This document shows positions 8,748 through 16,868 of a stretch of 29,893 nt of DNA, piece after piece. The stretch covers positions 1-29,893 of the forward strand of contig CAYWSS010000002.1 of NCBI GenBank assembly GCA_964460505.1. The letters are read 5' to 3'. The stretch is from an uncultured Caldilineaceae bacterium. GTDB lineage: Bacteria; Chloroflexota; Anaerolineae; 4572-78; J111. The notes beneath the pieces were generated by a model. That model saw only the letters and a list, made by a program, of their open reading frames with translations, did not search any database and was not told the origin of the DNA. The translations under genes and the position numbers were made by a program. Numbering within the stretch: position 1 is the first letter of the stretch; the number at the start of each line of letters is the position of its first letter.

Positions 8748-8773
8748 AAAGTATTTTAAAACGGGGTTGGGCG

Positions 8774-9997
8774 ATGAAAAAGTCGGGGTATTTATCTGCC
8801 GGAGAAGCGGCAGAAGCGTTGGGCATCAGCCTGCCCACCTTGTATTCGTATGTGAGCCGGGGCCTTCTTCGCTCGGAAGAAGCAAATGCCGGCAAGCGCA
8901 CGCGGCGCTATCGTCAGGAGGATGTGGAAAAGCTGCAACGGCGTAAAGCGCAGCGCCGCAACCCCGATAAAGTGATGGAGGACGCGCTGCATTGGGGCGC
9001 GCCGCTGCTGGAATCGGCAATTACGTTAATTGAAAATGACCGCTTCTACTATCGTGGCCGTGATGCCGTGGAACTGGCAGTTAATCACACCGTAGAAGAG
9101 GTTGCTTCTTTGATTTGGAACGGCAATTTGACCGCGTCTCTGCCGGAATTGTCAACGGTAACACCACCTTCGGGGCAGGTACGGGCAATTTGGCGGCAGC
9201 TTGGCGGGCAATCGCACATGGAGCAGTTTCAATCATTGCTGCCGGTGGCCGCAATTGATGATTTGGCGGCATACGATTTGCAGCCGGATGCGGTTATTCG
9301 GACCGGGGGGCGTATTTTGCAATTGATGGCTACCGTGGCCGCCGGTGACGCTGCGTTGGAGGGGACCATTGCCCAACGACTGCAAAAAGGGTGGGTGCCC
9401 CACGATGAAGACGCCGCAAAAATAATAAACATGGCCTTGATTTTGTGCGCCGACCACGAACTCAATGTGTCGTCATTTACGGCGCGGTGTGTGGCCTCGG
9501 CGGGAGCCACTCCGTATCAAGCGGTGATTGCCGGGCTGGCGGCGTTGCAAGGGGTAAAACATGGGCGGCTGACCGAACGGGTGGAAGCATTTATGCGCGA
9601 AATTGATTCGCCGGCCGGTATCCGTGGCGTGATGGCGGGCCGGCTCAAACGGGGGGAGACCGTCCCGGGTTTTGGCCACCCGCTGTACCCCGGCGGGGAC
9701 CCGAGGGCGCGGGTTCTGCTTGAGCAACTGGCGGCGGTCTATCCGGAATCATCAGGGCTGGCGCTGGCCAATGAAATTGTCGATGAGGCCGCTGCATTGT
9801 TGGGCAAGCAGCCCACTGTTGATTTTGGGCTGGTGGTGACGGCCCAGATGCTGAAATTGCCACCGGACGCTCCGGTAACATTGTTTGCTCTGGGGCGCAC
9901 CATCGGCTGGATTGGGCACGCTCTGGAGGCATACCGGGCAGACCGGATAATCAGACCCCGGGCGCGGTACGTGGGAGATTTGCCGCTTCTGGATTAA
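8774..9997 (+). CDS. HTH (excisionase/MerR-like) - citrate synthase domain fusion, putative regulator or enzyme-regulator
   Basis: N-terminal YLSAGEAAEALGISLPTLYSYVSRGLL HTH; CS motifs ADHELNVSSFTAR, GVKHG, GFGHPLY, DPRA, TVDFG, GRTIGW, IIRPRARY. Confidence 0.85.
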   Translation: MKKSGYLSAGEAAEALGISLPTLYSYVSRGLLRSEEANAGKRTRRYRQEDVEKLQRRKAQRRNPDKVMEDALHWGAPLLESAITLIENDRFYYRGRDAVELAVNHTVEEVASLIWNGNLTASLPELSTVTPPSGQVRAIWRQLGGQSHMEQFQSLLPVAAIDDLAAYDLQPDAVIRTGGRILQLMATVAAGDAALEGTIAQRLQKGWVPHDEDAAKIINMALILCADHELNVSSFTARCVASAGATPYQAVIAGLAALQGVKHGRLTERVEAFMREIDSPAGIRGVMAGRLKRGETVPGFGHPLYPGGDPRARVLLEQLAAVYPESSGLALANEIVDEAAALLGKQPTVDFGLVVTAQMLKLPPDAPVTLFALGRTIGWIGHALEAYRADRIIRPRARYVGDLPLLD

Positions 9998-10028
9998 CAT
10001 AGGAATGAGAATTAATTAATTTTCCTGC

Positions 10029-10063
10029 TGGTTCCCACGCTTCGCCGTCCGGTTCGGGAACCA
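10029..10063. repeat. REP-like hairpin / possible terminator downstream of the HTH-CS gene
   Basis: TGGTTCCC (10029-10036) and GGGAACCA (10056-10063) arms. Confidence 0.45.
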
Positions 10064-10100
10064 AATTGCTTTGCAAACTCTGTTTGTACCCCACTTTAAA

Positions 10101-10195
10101 CCAGGGCTGTTCAGTTCTCCATGCATTGGCAAATAAATGGACAGGACCTACGGCAAAACCTGCGGCAGGATAAAAAGACTTTGCAACAGCCCTGG
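10101..10195. repeat. 95-bp segment bounded by a perfect 11-bp inverted repeat
   Basis: CCAGGGCTGTT (10101-10111) and AACAGCCCTGG (10185-10195); no target duplication seen. Confidence 0.4.
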
Positions 10196-10319
10196 CTCTT
10201 AACTACTATTGTTATGTCGTAAAAATAATGTTAAAATTAGAAACTAATAAACCTGATCGATTTGGGTGTAACCAAAATGAGTTGGGAAGAGCTACCCGTT
10301 TTGCGTGGCCCCCGGCTGC

Positions 10320-10431
10320 GTACAGGTTCAGTAAACCCGGTGCTGTGGCCGGTCTCCGACCGGGCTACCCAAGCGGGCGTGGTCAGGAGACCGGCTTGAG
10401 CCTGATTCTGGCAAGTTCACTGAATCTGTAC
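10320..10431. mobile_element. MITE-like palindromic element B, copy 2
   Basis: First 42 bp 41/42 identical to copy 1; ends GTACAGGTTCAGTAAAC / GTTCACTGAATCTGTAC; flanking direct repeat GGCTGC (10314-10319, 10432-10437). Confidence 0.75.
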
Positions 10432-10523
10432 GGCTGCAGCGCTTTTTCACTCATTTTGGTTACGCCCGATCGATTTGCCATCATTTTAATAGTAGTTGCA
10501 GTGATTCATTCCGGGATATCAAT

Positions 10524-12044
10524 ATGATCACCTATTCAGCATCAGCCGAAACGGTTTATAATGTATCGCGTCAACTGAACGCATCTTTGGATTTGGATGA
10601 AGTATTGGGCAAAGTTTTGAGGCTTACCGTGGATGCCACCGAGGCCACCCGGGGAAGCCTTTTCTTGTTGGATGAAACCGGGCGGGTCATGCGGCAAATC
10701 CTGGCCCGGCCCAACCAATCGTCCGAGGTGTCGCGGCGGAATGTAAACACAGTTATGGAGCAGGGCTTGGCCGGCTGGGTGTATCGGCATCAATATGGCG
10801 CGTTAGCTGCCGATACCACCAAAGACGAGCGGTGGGTTCGACTGCCGGATGATGAAGAGATCACCGGCTCGGCGTTGGTGGTGCCGCTGCTGTATCAGGA
10901 GCGGGTCAATGGCCTGCTGGCGCTGCATCACAAGCGTATCCGTTTTTTTGATGAATCGCATTTAGCCCTGGCGGCGGGAATTGCCGGACAGGCCGCTATT
11001 GCTCTGGAAAACGCGCGGCTTTTTACTCAGGTAAATAGTGAGCGGGAAAGCTTTTTTGCGCTCATTAACTCAATGCCCATTCCGGTGTTAGTAGTTGATC
11101 ATAATAATTGTTTGACGTTTAGCAACCAAACGGCCCAACATAGTCTGCTGCTTAAACAGGTCAACCGCCCGCTCTTTGAAATTGAGGGAGGGGATCAACT
11201 CCAATCGGCCCTGAAGAATCTTAAGAACGGAGTCACAAATCACACCGAGGTTCATTGGCCCGATAAGCGTGTTTTTAATGTGTCTGTTAAGCAGGTTCCG
11301 CAGGTGGGAAATGTGGTGGCCATGGATGACATAACCTACTTGAAAGAACTGGATGCTATGAAGACCCAGTTTGTGGAAACAGTATCGCACGATCTAAAAA
11401 ATCCACTGGGCGTGATCATGGGCTTTATTCATCTATTGGGGCAGGAAAAGAATCTTTCCCCCTCTGGAAAAACCAGCTTAAAAAGCATCAGGAAAAGTGC
11501 TGACCATATGTTGGCCCTCATCACCGATCTGCTTGATCTGGCCCGAATTGAGGCCGGCATGGCCGGGGCAGCGCAGGAACAAAACCTGGTTAAAATTATT
11601 CTGAACACGTTGCCCAATTTTACGCTGCAACTGGAAAAGAAAAATATGTCGCTGGATACGGATTTGCCGCTGGAGCCGGCGCTGGTGTTGGGGAACAAGG
11701 TCCGTTTGTCGCAGGTGGTTTCTAACTATGTGGGTAATGCTATCAAATATACCTTTGAGGGGGGCAAGATTAAAATTAAGCTGGTGCGGGCAGGGGCCAA
11801 AGTTCACTTTAGCGTAACCGATAACGGCCCCGGAATTTCTCCGGCGGGCCAGTCGCAACTGTTTCAAAAATTCTATCGGGTGCCCGAAGTTCACGCCAAA
11901 ACCGATGTTCAGGGTACCGGGCTAGGCTTGTCTATTGTAAAGGCTATTGTTGAAGGGTACAACGGGCAAGTTTGGGTGGAGAGCGAGGTGGATAAGGGCA
12001 GCACGTTTGGTTGTTTCCTGCCATGTATTGATACTGAGACGTGA
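10524..12044 (+). CDS. soluble GAF(-PAS) sensor histidine kinase
   Basis: GAF (ALVVPL, ALENARLF), H-box VSHDLKNPL, N-box NYVGNAIKY, G1 DNGPGI, F-box LFQKFYR, G2 GTGLGL; no TM segment. Confidence 0.92.
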   Translation: MITYSASAETVYNVSRQLNASLDLDEVLGKVLRLTVDATEATRGSLFLLDETGRVMRQILARPNQSSEVSRRNVNTVMEQGLAGWVYRHQYGALAADTTKDERWVRLPDDEEITGSALVVPLLYQERVNGLLALHHKRIRFFDESHLALAAGIAGQAAIALENARLFTQVNSERESFFALINSMPIPVLVVDHNNCLTFSNQTAQHSLLLKQVNRPLFEIEGGDQLQSALKNLKNGVTNHTEVHWPDKRVFNVSVKQVPQVGNVVAMDDITYLKELDAMKTQFVETVSHDLKNPLGVIMGFIHLLGQEKNLSPSGKTSLKSIRKSADHMLALITDLLDLARIEAGMAGAAQEQNLVKIILNTLPNFTLQLEKKNMSLDTDLPLEPALVLGNKVRLSQVVSNYVGNAIKYTFEGGKIKIKLVRAGAKVHFSVTDNGPGISPAGQSQLFQKFYRVPEVHAKTDVQGTGLGLSIVKAIVEGYNGQVWVESEVDKGSTFGCFLPCIDTET

Positions 12045-12105
12045 TAGCCTATTTGCAAAATTTGCGATTATATTTTTCGCAGTTCCGCAAAACTCGGCAG
12101 GTTAC

Positions 12106-12136
12106 AAGTGACCGGCACTTTAAGTGCCGGTCACTT
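12106..12136. repeat. perfect 15-1-15 inverted repeat between convergent genes (REP-like or bidirectional terminator)
   Basis: AAGTGACCGGCACTT-t-AAGTGCCGGTCACTT. Confidence 0.65.
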
Positions 12137-12236
12137 TAATTTACCTGGATTTTTTCCTTTTGAAAGTCGGGTTGCAGTCAAATTTGTTGGGTGCCGGTTA
12201 GCTAATTACAAGCGATCAGGCCTGGGAGCGGCAATT

Positions 12237-13142
12237 TTAGGAAAGGAACAAGATGCCCACCCCGGCCACGGCCACCAATGTACCCAATATGGCCTGCCAG
12301 CCAATCTCTTCCTTAAAAATTATCCGTCCAACCGGCAGCAGGAAAATTGGAGCCAGGGCCATGAGCGTGCCGGCTACCCCAATTTGAGTCAGTTGAATAG
12401 CCACCAGCGATAACCAGACCCCCACAAACGGCCCAAAAAACGAACCTCCCAGAATGTTTGTAGCAACGCTCCGATTGTTTAAAAACTGGCGGATAGTTTC
12501 GCCGGCCTGTCCCCGAAAAATAGCAAACCCCCACATCACTGCAGCGGCGGCTATCATTCTTATCAGGTTGCCGGACAAGGCCGAAAGCTCCGCGCCCATT
12601 CCTTTTTTGGCGGTGATCAAGCCGATGGCCTGCCCGGTGGCTGCGCCCAGCCCAAACATAATGCCCCACATATAGTTTGGATTATCGGTGCGGCGTCCGT
12701 TTGGGCCGGTGCGGTCCATAACTACCCAGGCAGTGCCGCCAATAGTTACCAAAATTCCCATAATTTGTCCGCCGGTCAACGTTTCATCCAAAAAAATCCA
12801 GGCCAGCAGCGCCGCAATAACCGGGGCCAGACTCATCAGCAGCATCCCCAAACGGGGGCCAATCCAGACGTAGGATTGAAACAAAAACGCGTCGGCAATG
12901 GCCAGCCCGATGACCCCGGAGACGGCAAGCCAAAACCATTGTTCCGGCCCGGCTCCGGTTGGAAGCAGAGACGAAAACAATACCAGGTGAGTCAGTGACA
13001 AGAAAATTACGGCCAGGATCAATCTTATCCGGTTGACCGCCACCGATCCGACCTGCTTGCCGGCCAGTGAAAAGAAGACGGCCGTAAATGTCCAGCAAAC
13101 GGCGGTGAAAATTGCGGCAATTTCGCCAAGGTATATACTCAT
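12237..13142 (-). CDS. EamA/DMT family transporter
   Basis: About 10 hydrophobic helices in two repeats; GPRLGMLLMSLAPVIAALLAWIFLDE and LAPIFLLPVGRIIFKE patterns. Confidence 0.9.
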   Translation of the reverse strand: MSIYLGEIAAIFTAVCWTFTAVFFSLAGKQVGSVAVNRIRLILAVIFLSLTHLVLFSSLLPTGAGPEQWFWLAVSGVIGLAIADAFLFQSYVWIGPRLGMLLMSLAPVIAALLAWIFLDETLTGGQIMGILVTIGGTAWVVMDRTGPNGRRTDNPNYMWGIMFGLGAATGQAIGLITAKKGMGAELSALSGNLIRMIAAAAVMWGFAIFRGQAGETIRQFLNNRSVATNILGGSFFGPFVGVWLSLVAIQLTQIGVAGTLMALAPIFLLPVGRIIFKEEIGWQAILGTLVAVAGVGILFLS

Positions 13143-13191
13143 ATCAAATCCAGATTTATCTATTCAGCAGGGTAATGACTCTAGCGGTACA

Positions 13192-13271
13192 GGTTGAGGC
13201 TAAGAAAAAAGGTGTGTTGTTGTAACCGTAAACCATTCCAACCGCGGATTCCTGTTTTCTCAGCCTCAACC
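13192..13271. repeat. 80-bp segment bounded by a 17-bp inverted repeat
   Basis: GGTTGAGGCTAAGAAAA vs reverse complement GGTTGAGGCTGAGAAAA (16/17); preceded by GTACA like element B ends. Confidence 0.5.
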
Positions 13272-13412
13272 CAATTTTGCGCCGAAAGGTCTGCCTGCCG
13301 GACAGCTACATCCAAGTAAAGATTGGGGCGGCGGTATCTTTGCCTGCCTCCCGACAAGTTGCTCACTATACCACCGCCGTACCCAATGGGCAACACCACC
13401 CGGAGATTAAAG

Positions 13413-14204
13413 ATGGTTCAATTTTTTATAAAAGGAGCAGTGACCGACTTTGTTCTGGCGTGGCAGTTACTAACGGCTGTTCCGCTGCCATTTAAGCCAG
13501 AAAATCACGAGCGTCCGGCCGGTTGGGCGGCCACTTATTATCCTGTGGTTGGACTGGTACTGGGTGGACTACTGGCCGCGGCAAGTTGGCTTTTTTACAG
13601 CCTGTTTCCGGCCGGTATAGCCTCTGCATTGGTACTGGTGATGTGGGTTGGCTTGACTGGCATGTTGCATCTGGATGGTTTTATGGATGCCTGCGATGGC
13701 TTGCTCCCGCCACGTGCCCCGGCTCGCCGGCTGGAAATTATGAAAGACAGCCGGGTAGGCGCTTTTGGGGTCGTAGGGGGAGTTTTATTGCTGCTGCTCA
13801 AATTTAACGGGTTAAATGCATTATCCGCTGATTATCGCTTGCCGGTGTTAATTGTGGTACCGATGCTGGCCCGCTGGACCGTAACCTGGGCTATGGCTCG
13901 CTACTCGCCGGCCCGCACCGATGGAATGGGCGCATTTTTTCTGAAAGGGCTAACCGGGACCCGCGTGGGTATCGCCTCTCTGGTAACTATTGGTATCGCA
14001 ATTTGGTTGATGGGAATTGCCGGAGGCGTGTTGGTTGTTGTCGCCTGGATAACCGCGATCCTTGTGGCCCGTTTTGCGGTGGCTCGCATTGGGGGCCTGA
14101 CCGGCGATATTTACGGCACCATTTGCGAAACTGTGGAGACGGTACTGCTGGTGGCGGCTACCGCAGCGGGGTGGGAAATTATCCTGTTCCCGTTATTGCC
14201 CTAA
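13413..14204 (+). CDS. cobS: adenosylcobinamide-GDP ribazoletransferase (cobalamin synthase)
   Basis: LTGMLHLDGFMDACDGL, RRLEIMKDSRVGAFG, GGLTGDIYG motifs; start reset to ATG 13413 (SD GGAG). Confidence 0.92.
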   Translation: MVQFFIKGAVTDFVLAWQLLTAVPLPFKPENHERPAGWAATYYPVVGLVLGGLLAAASWLFYSLFPAGIASALVLVMWVGLTGMLHLDGFMDACDGLLPPRAPARRLEIMKDSRVGAFGVVGGVLLLLLKFNGLNALSADYRLPVLIVVPMLARWTVTWAMARYSPARTDGMGAFFLKGLTGTRVGIASLVTIGIAIWLMGIAGGVLVVVAWITAILVARFAVARIGGLTGDIYGTICETVETVLLVAATAAGWEIILFPLLP

Positions 14205-14207
14205 TCC

Positions 14208-14350
14208 ATTGCGTATTACGTACTGCGTATTTCGTATTGCGTAACCCGCAAAGCGGGAAATAATACGCAACACTGGCGCCGCACGCCAGTGCAGGCGTAC
14301 GCAGTACGCAATATAAACAAATGGGGAAGTTATTCAATCCACGATCCTAA
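14208..14350. repeat. second, left-truncated copy of element A lacking the nested element B
   Basis: Shares ATTGCGTATTACGTACT, ATACGCAACACT(G/T)GCGCCG, CAGTGCAGG(C/T)GTACGCAGTACGCAATA and the right TIR plus TAA with 5310-5569. Confidence 0.7.
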
Positions 14351-14465
14351 AAGTATGAACGGTATTTGCCAGACTGTTCCGCTCTCGATAGAATCAACTG
14401 CTGGGAATTAGGGCCGGCGCAATAAATTTTCTGGCGCCGGTTTCTAAATCCTGATTTTAATTGCA

Positions 14466-15659
14466 ATGAATATAGTTTTTGTTGGCCCTTTTGGACTGCA
14501 ACCTAAAGGCACAATGAGTGTGCGGGCTTTGCCGCTGGCCAGAGCGCTGGTAAGCAAGGGGCATGCTGTCACAATTCTCATCCCCCCCTGGGACGACCCG
14601 ACCAGGGCCGGGCAGACTTGGAATGACCATGGTGTTCAGGTAGAAAATGTGCCTTTGCCTCCCGGTATTCCTCTGCTCTTTTACATTTTATTAACTCGAA
14701 CCCTGGCTGCCCGGGTGTTGACCCTAAAACCGGATGTGGTTCATTTTTTTAAGCCTAAAGCCTATGCCGGGCTGGCGCATCTGGTGCTGTGGTGGCTGCG
14801 TCGTCTGGGGGGCGTCAAGGCGCGGCTGGTGTTGGATGCCGATGATTGGGAACAGGCCTGGAATGAGGTGCTGCCCTATTCCCGGCTGCAGAAAAAATTG
14901 TTTGCATGGCAGGAAACGTGGGGGATACAACATGCTGATGCCGTCACTGCCGCCAGCCGCGAGGTGGAGAAACTGGCCGGCCGGATTCGAGGCGGGCAGG
15001 GTGGGATTTTTTATGTGCCTAATGGATGTGGGGTTCCGGCGGCCAACAACCGGAACAAGGAACATCTGGCCGGGAGAGAAGTGCGAGAACGTTGGGGATG
15101 GGGGCAGGAATCACCCGTAATTTTACTCTATTCCCGTTTTGCAGAATTTCGATTAACAAGAGTAGTGACCCTGGTGCAACGGGTGGCGCAGCGTGTGCCG
15201 GCCGCCCGGTGGCTGGTAGTAGGAAAAGGGCTGTCCGGCGAAGATATCCAACTGGCCAGGCAGTTGGCTCAGGTTGAATTGGAAGATTTTGTTCGCTTGG
15301 CCGGCTGGCAGCCGATTGAAGCGTTGCCCGCCTGTTTTTCAGCCGCTGATGTGGCTGTTTATCCTTACGATGATACCCTGATTAATCGCGCCAAATGTTC
15401 GGTAAAACTGGTAGATTTGTTGGTGGCCGGCCTGCCCGTTGTGGCCGATGCCGTGGGGCAAAACAAGGCGTATATTCAACACAAAATTTCAGGGATACTG
15501 GTTCCGCCGGAAGATGATGAGGCCTTTGCCGCAGCGTTGATAGAATTGTTGCAATCTCCCGAAAAAAGGCAAAAATTGGGACAAGCTGCAGCCGGTAATG
15601 TGCCACACAAATTTTCCTGGCTTCGGTTATCCCAGGAGGTAGAGAGTGCTTATCAATGA
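14466..15659 (+). CDS. glycosyltransferase family 4 (GT-B)
   Basis: GHAVTIL, PDVVHF, ADAVTAAS, YVPNG, LVVGKG, GLPVVADAVG, GILVPP. Confidence 0.9.
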   Translation: MNIVFVGPFGLQPKGTMSVRALPLARALVSKGHAVTILIPPWDDPTRAGQTWNDHGVQVENVPLPPGIPLLFYILLTRTLAARVLTLKPDVVHFFKPKAYAGLAHLVLWWLRRLGGVKARLVLDADDWEQAWNEVLPYSRLQKKLFAWQETWGIQHADAVTAASREVEKLAGRIRGGQGGIFYVPNGCGVPAANNRNKEHLAGREVRERWGWGQESPVILLYSRFAEFRLTRVVTLVQRVAQRVPAARWLVVGKGLSGEDIQLARQLAQVELEDFVRLAGWQPIEALPACFSAADVAVYPYDDTLINRAKCSVKLVDLLVAGLPVVADAVGQNKAYIQHKISGILVPPEDDEAFAAALIELLQSPEKRQKLGQAAAGNVPHKFSWLRLSQEVESAYQ

Positions 15660-16108
15660 GTAAATTTAGTATTGCTGCGCTGCCGCGCTGGCTGCGGGAT
15701 TTTGCTCCACTTTTTTTTTGGATGGTCTTGCTCTTTGTGCTGTCAAGCCGCCCGGTGCTTTTGGAAATTGAAAATGAAGCCGGAAATTTAAGCTTTTACA
15801 AGTTTGCCCACATGATTGCGTACGCTGTGCTGACGTGGTTGTGGTGGCGGGCAATATCACCGCAGCGAAAAACCACATGGCCCATTGTGCTAACCGCCTT
15901 GGGCCTAACAATTTTGTTCGGAATCTCTGATGAAATACACCAGCTATTTGTGCCTGGGCGACATGGCCGGATAGCTGATGTTTTGTTTGATTCCGCGGGC
16001 GCACTGATGATGATTTTGCTGATACGCCACGTGAAGTGGCTTCGGAATTTTCCAGAGTCGGCTTCACTTTTTCAGGAATATAGCCCGGAACGGGTTAAGT
16101 CGGAATAG
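15656..16108 (+). CDS. VanZ family membrane protein
   Basis: KFAHMIAYAVL, GISDEIHQLFVPGR..IADVLFD; ATGA overlap with the GT4 stop. Confidence 0.85.
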   Translation: MSKFSIAALPRWLRDFAPLFFWMVLLFVLSSRPVLLEIENEAGNLSFYKFAHMIAYAVLTWLWWRAISPQRKTTWPIVLTALGLTILFGISDEIHQLFVPGRHGRIADVLFDSAGALMMILLIRHVKWLRNFPESASLFQEYSPERVKSE

Positions 16109-16172
16109 CAGTCCGGTGCGTAACGGTGTAAAGATTATCACCATTATTTTTTTTGGAGAGATATAGTTGTCA

Positions 16173-16823
16173 ATGCTGCCGCTCACCCCAGAGCAGAGAG
16201 AATATAAAGAAGTAACGCTGAACCAGCTACTTGTTAATCAGGAAAAGCTGGGGGCCGGTCTGGAAAAAGAAACCCGTCCCCGGGTTGTAAAAACTATTCA
16301 GAAACAACTTGCGGATATAGATGCCCATGTTAGCCGTTTGCGCGATGAGCTATCCGGTAACATGGTCATTGACGAACCGGTAGCGGAAGGCTTGCTTAAG
16401 AAATCGGCGATGGCGCTGGATAAGGGTAAATTCTACCTGGCAAAACGCCATATCACCAAACTTGAAACAATTGAGCCGTTTTATCCGGGACTGGCCCGCC
16501 TGAAAACAGAGGTCGAGTCTCGACAGGTGAGCCGCCGCACCCGTTCAATAGCGCAGGGAACCGCAACCGGGTATCCGGACTCGCCTGCCTATCTGCCTTC
16601 TGCGCCCCAGCCACAAGTTGCCGGCGCAACGGCAGGCAGCGAAGCCGGACAACCTGCCGGCAACTACTATCAGCCGGTTGGCGAAGAACCGGAGGGGTGG
16701 TTTTCAAAGGTTTTCCAGTTCCACATTGTCCTGAGTTGTCTGGTGGTGATGTTGTTGCTATGTGTGGTATTTGGTATGGCCGGCTTTACTATTTTACAGT
16801 GGCTGGTTGAAGGTGGCGTTTAG
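16173..16823 (+). CDS. hypothetical protein: helical/coiled-coil N-terminus, Pro/Ala-rich linker, C-terminal TM helix
   Basis: Long ORF in strand context, SD GGAGAG before ATG 16173; C-terminal hydrophobic IVLSCLVVMLLLCVVFGMAGFTIL. Confidence 0.7.
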   Translation: MLPLTPEQREYKEVTLNQLLVNQEKLGAGLEKETRPRVVKTIQKQLADIDAHVSRLRDELSGNMVIDEPVAEGLLKKSAMALDKGKFYLAKRHITKLETIEPFYPGLARLKTEVESRQVSRRTRSIAQGTATGYPDSPAYLPSAPQPQVAGATAGSEAGQPAGNYYQPVGEEPEGWFSKVFQFHIVLSCLVVMLLLCVVFGMAGFTILQWLVEGGV

Positions 16824-16868
16824 TTTGGAAACATTTACAAATGCACAGTTTGCAGACGGATGTGAAAA

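Noticed and set aside
5336-10431. Element B copies as CRISPR repeats or a riboswitch
   Set aside because: Only two copies 5 kb apart, no spacer array or cas genes; TIRs and flanking duplications favour a MITE; no riboswitch consensus recognised, though an Rfam scan was not run
13143-13412. Cobalamin riboswitch upstream of cobS; longer cobS start at 13323
   Set aside because: No B12-box or core motifs recognised; ATG 13413 has an SD and gives a typical length
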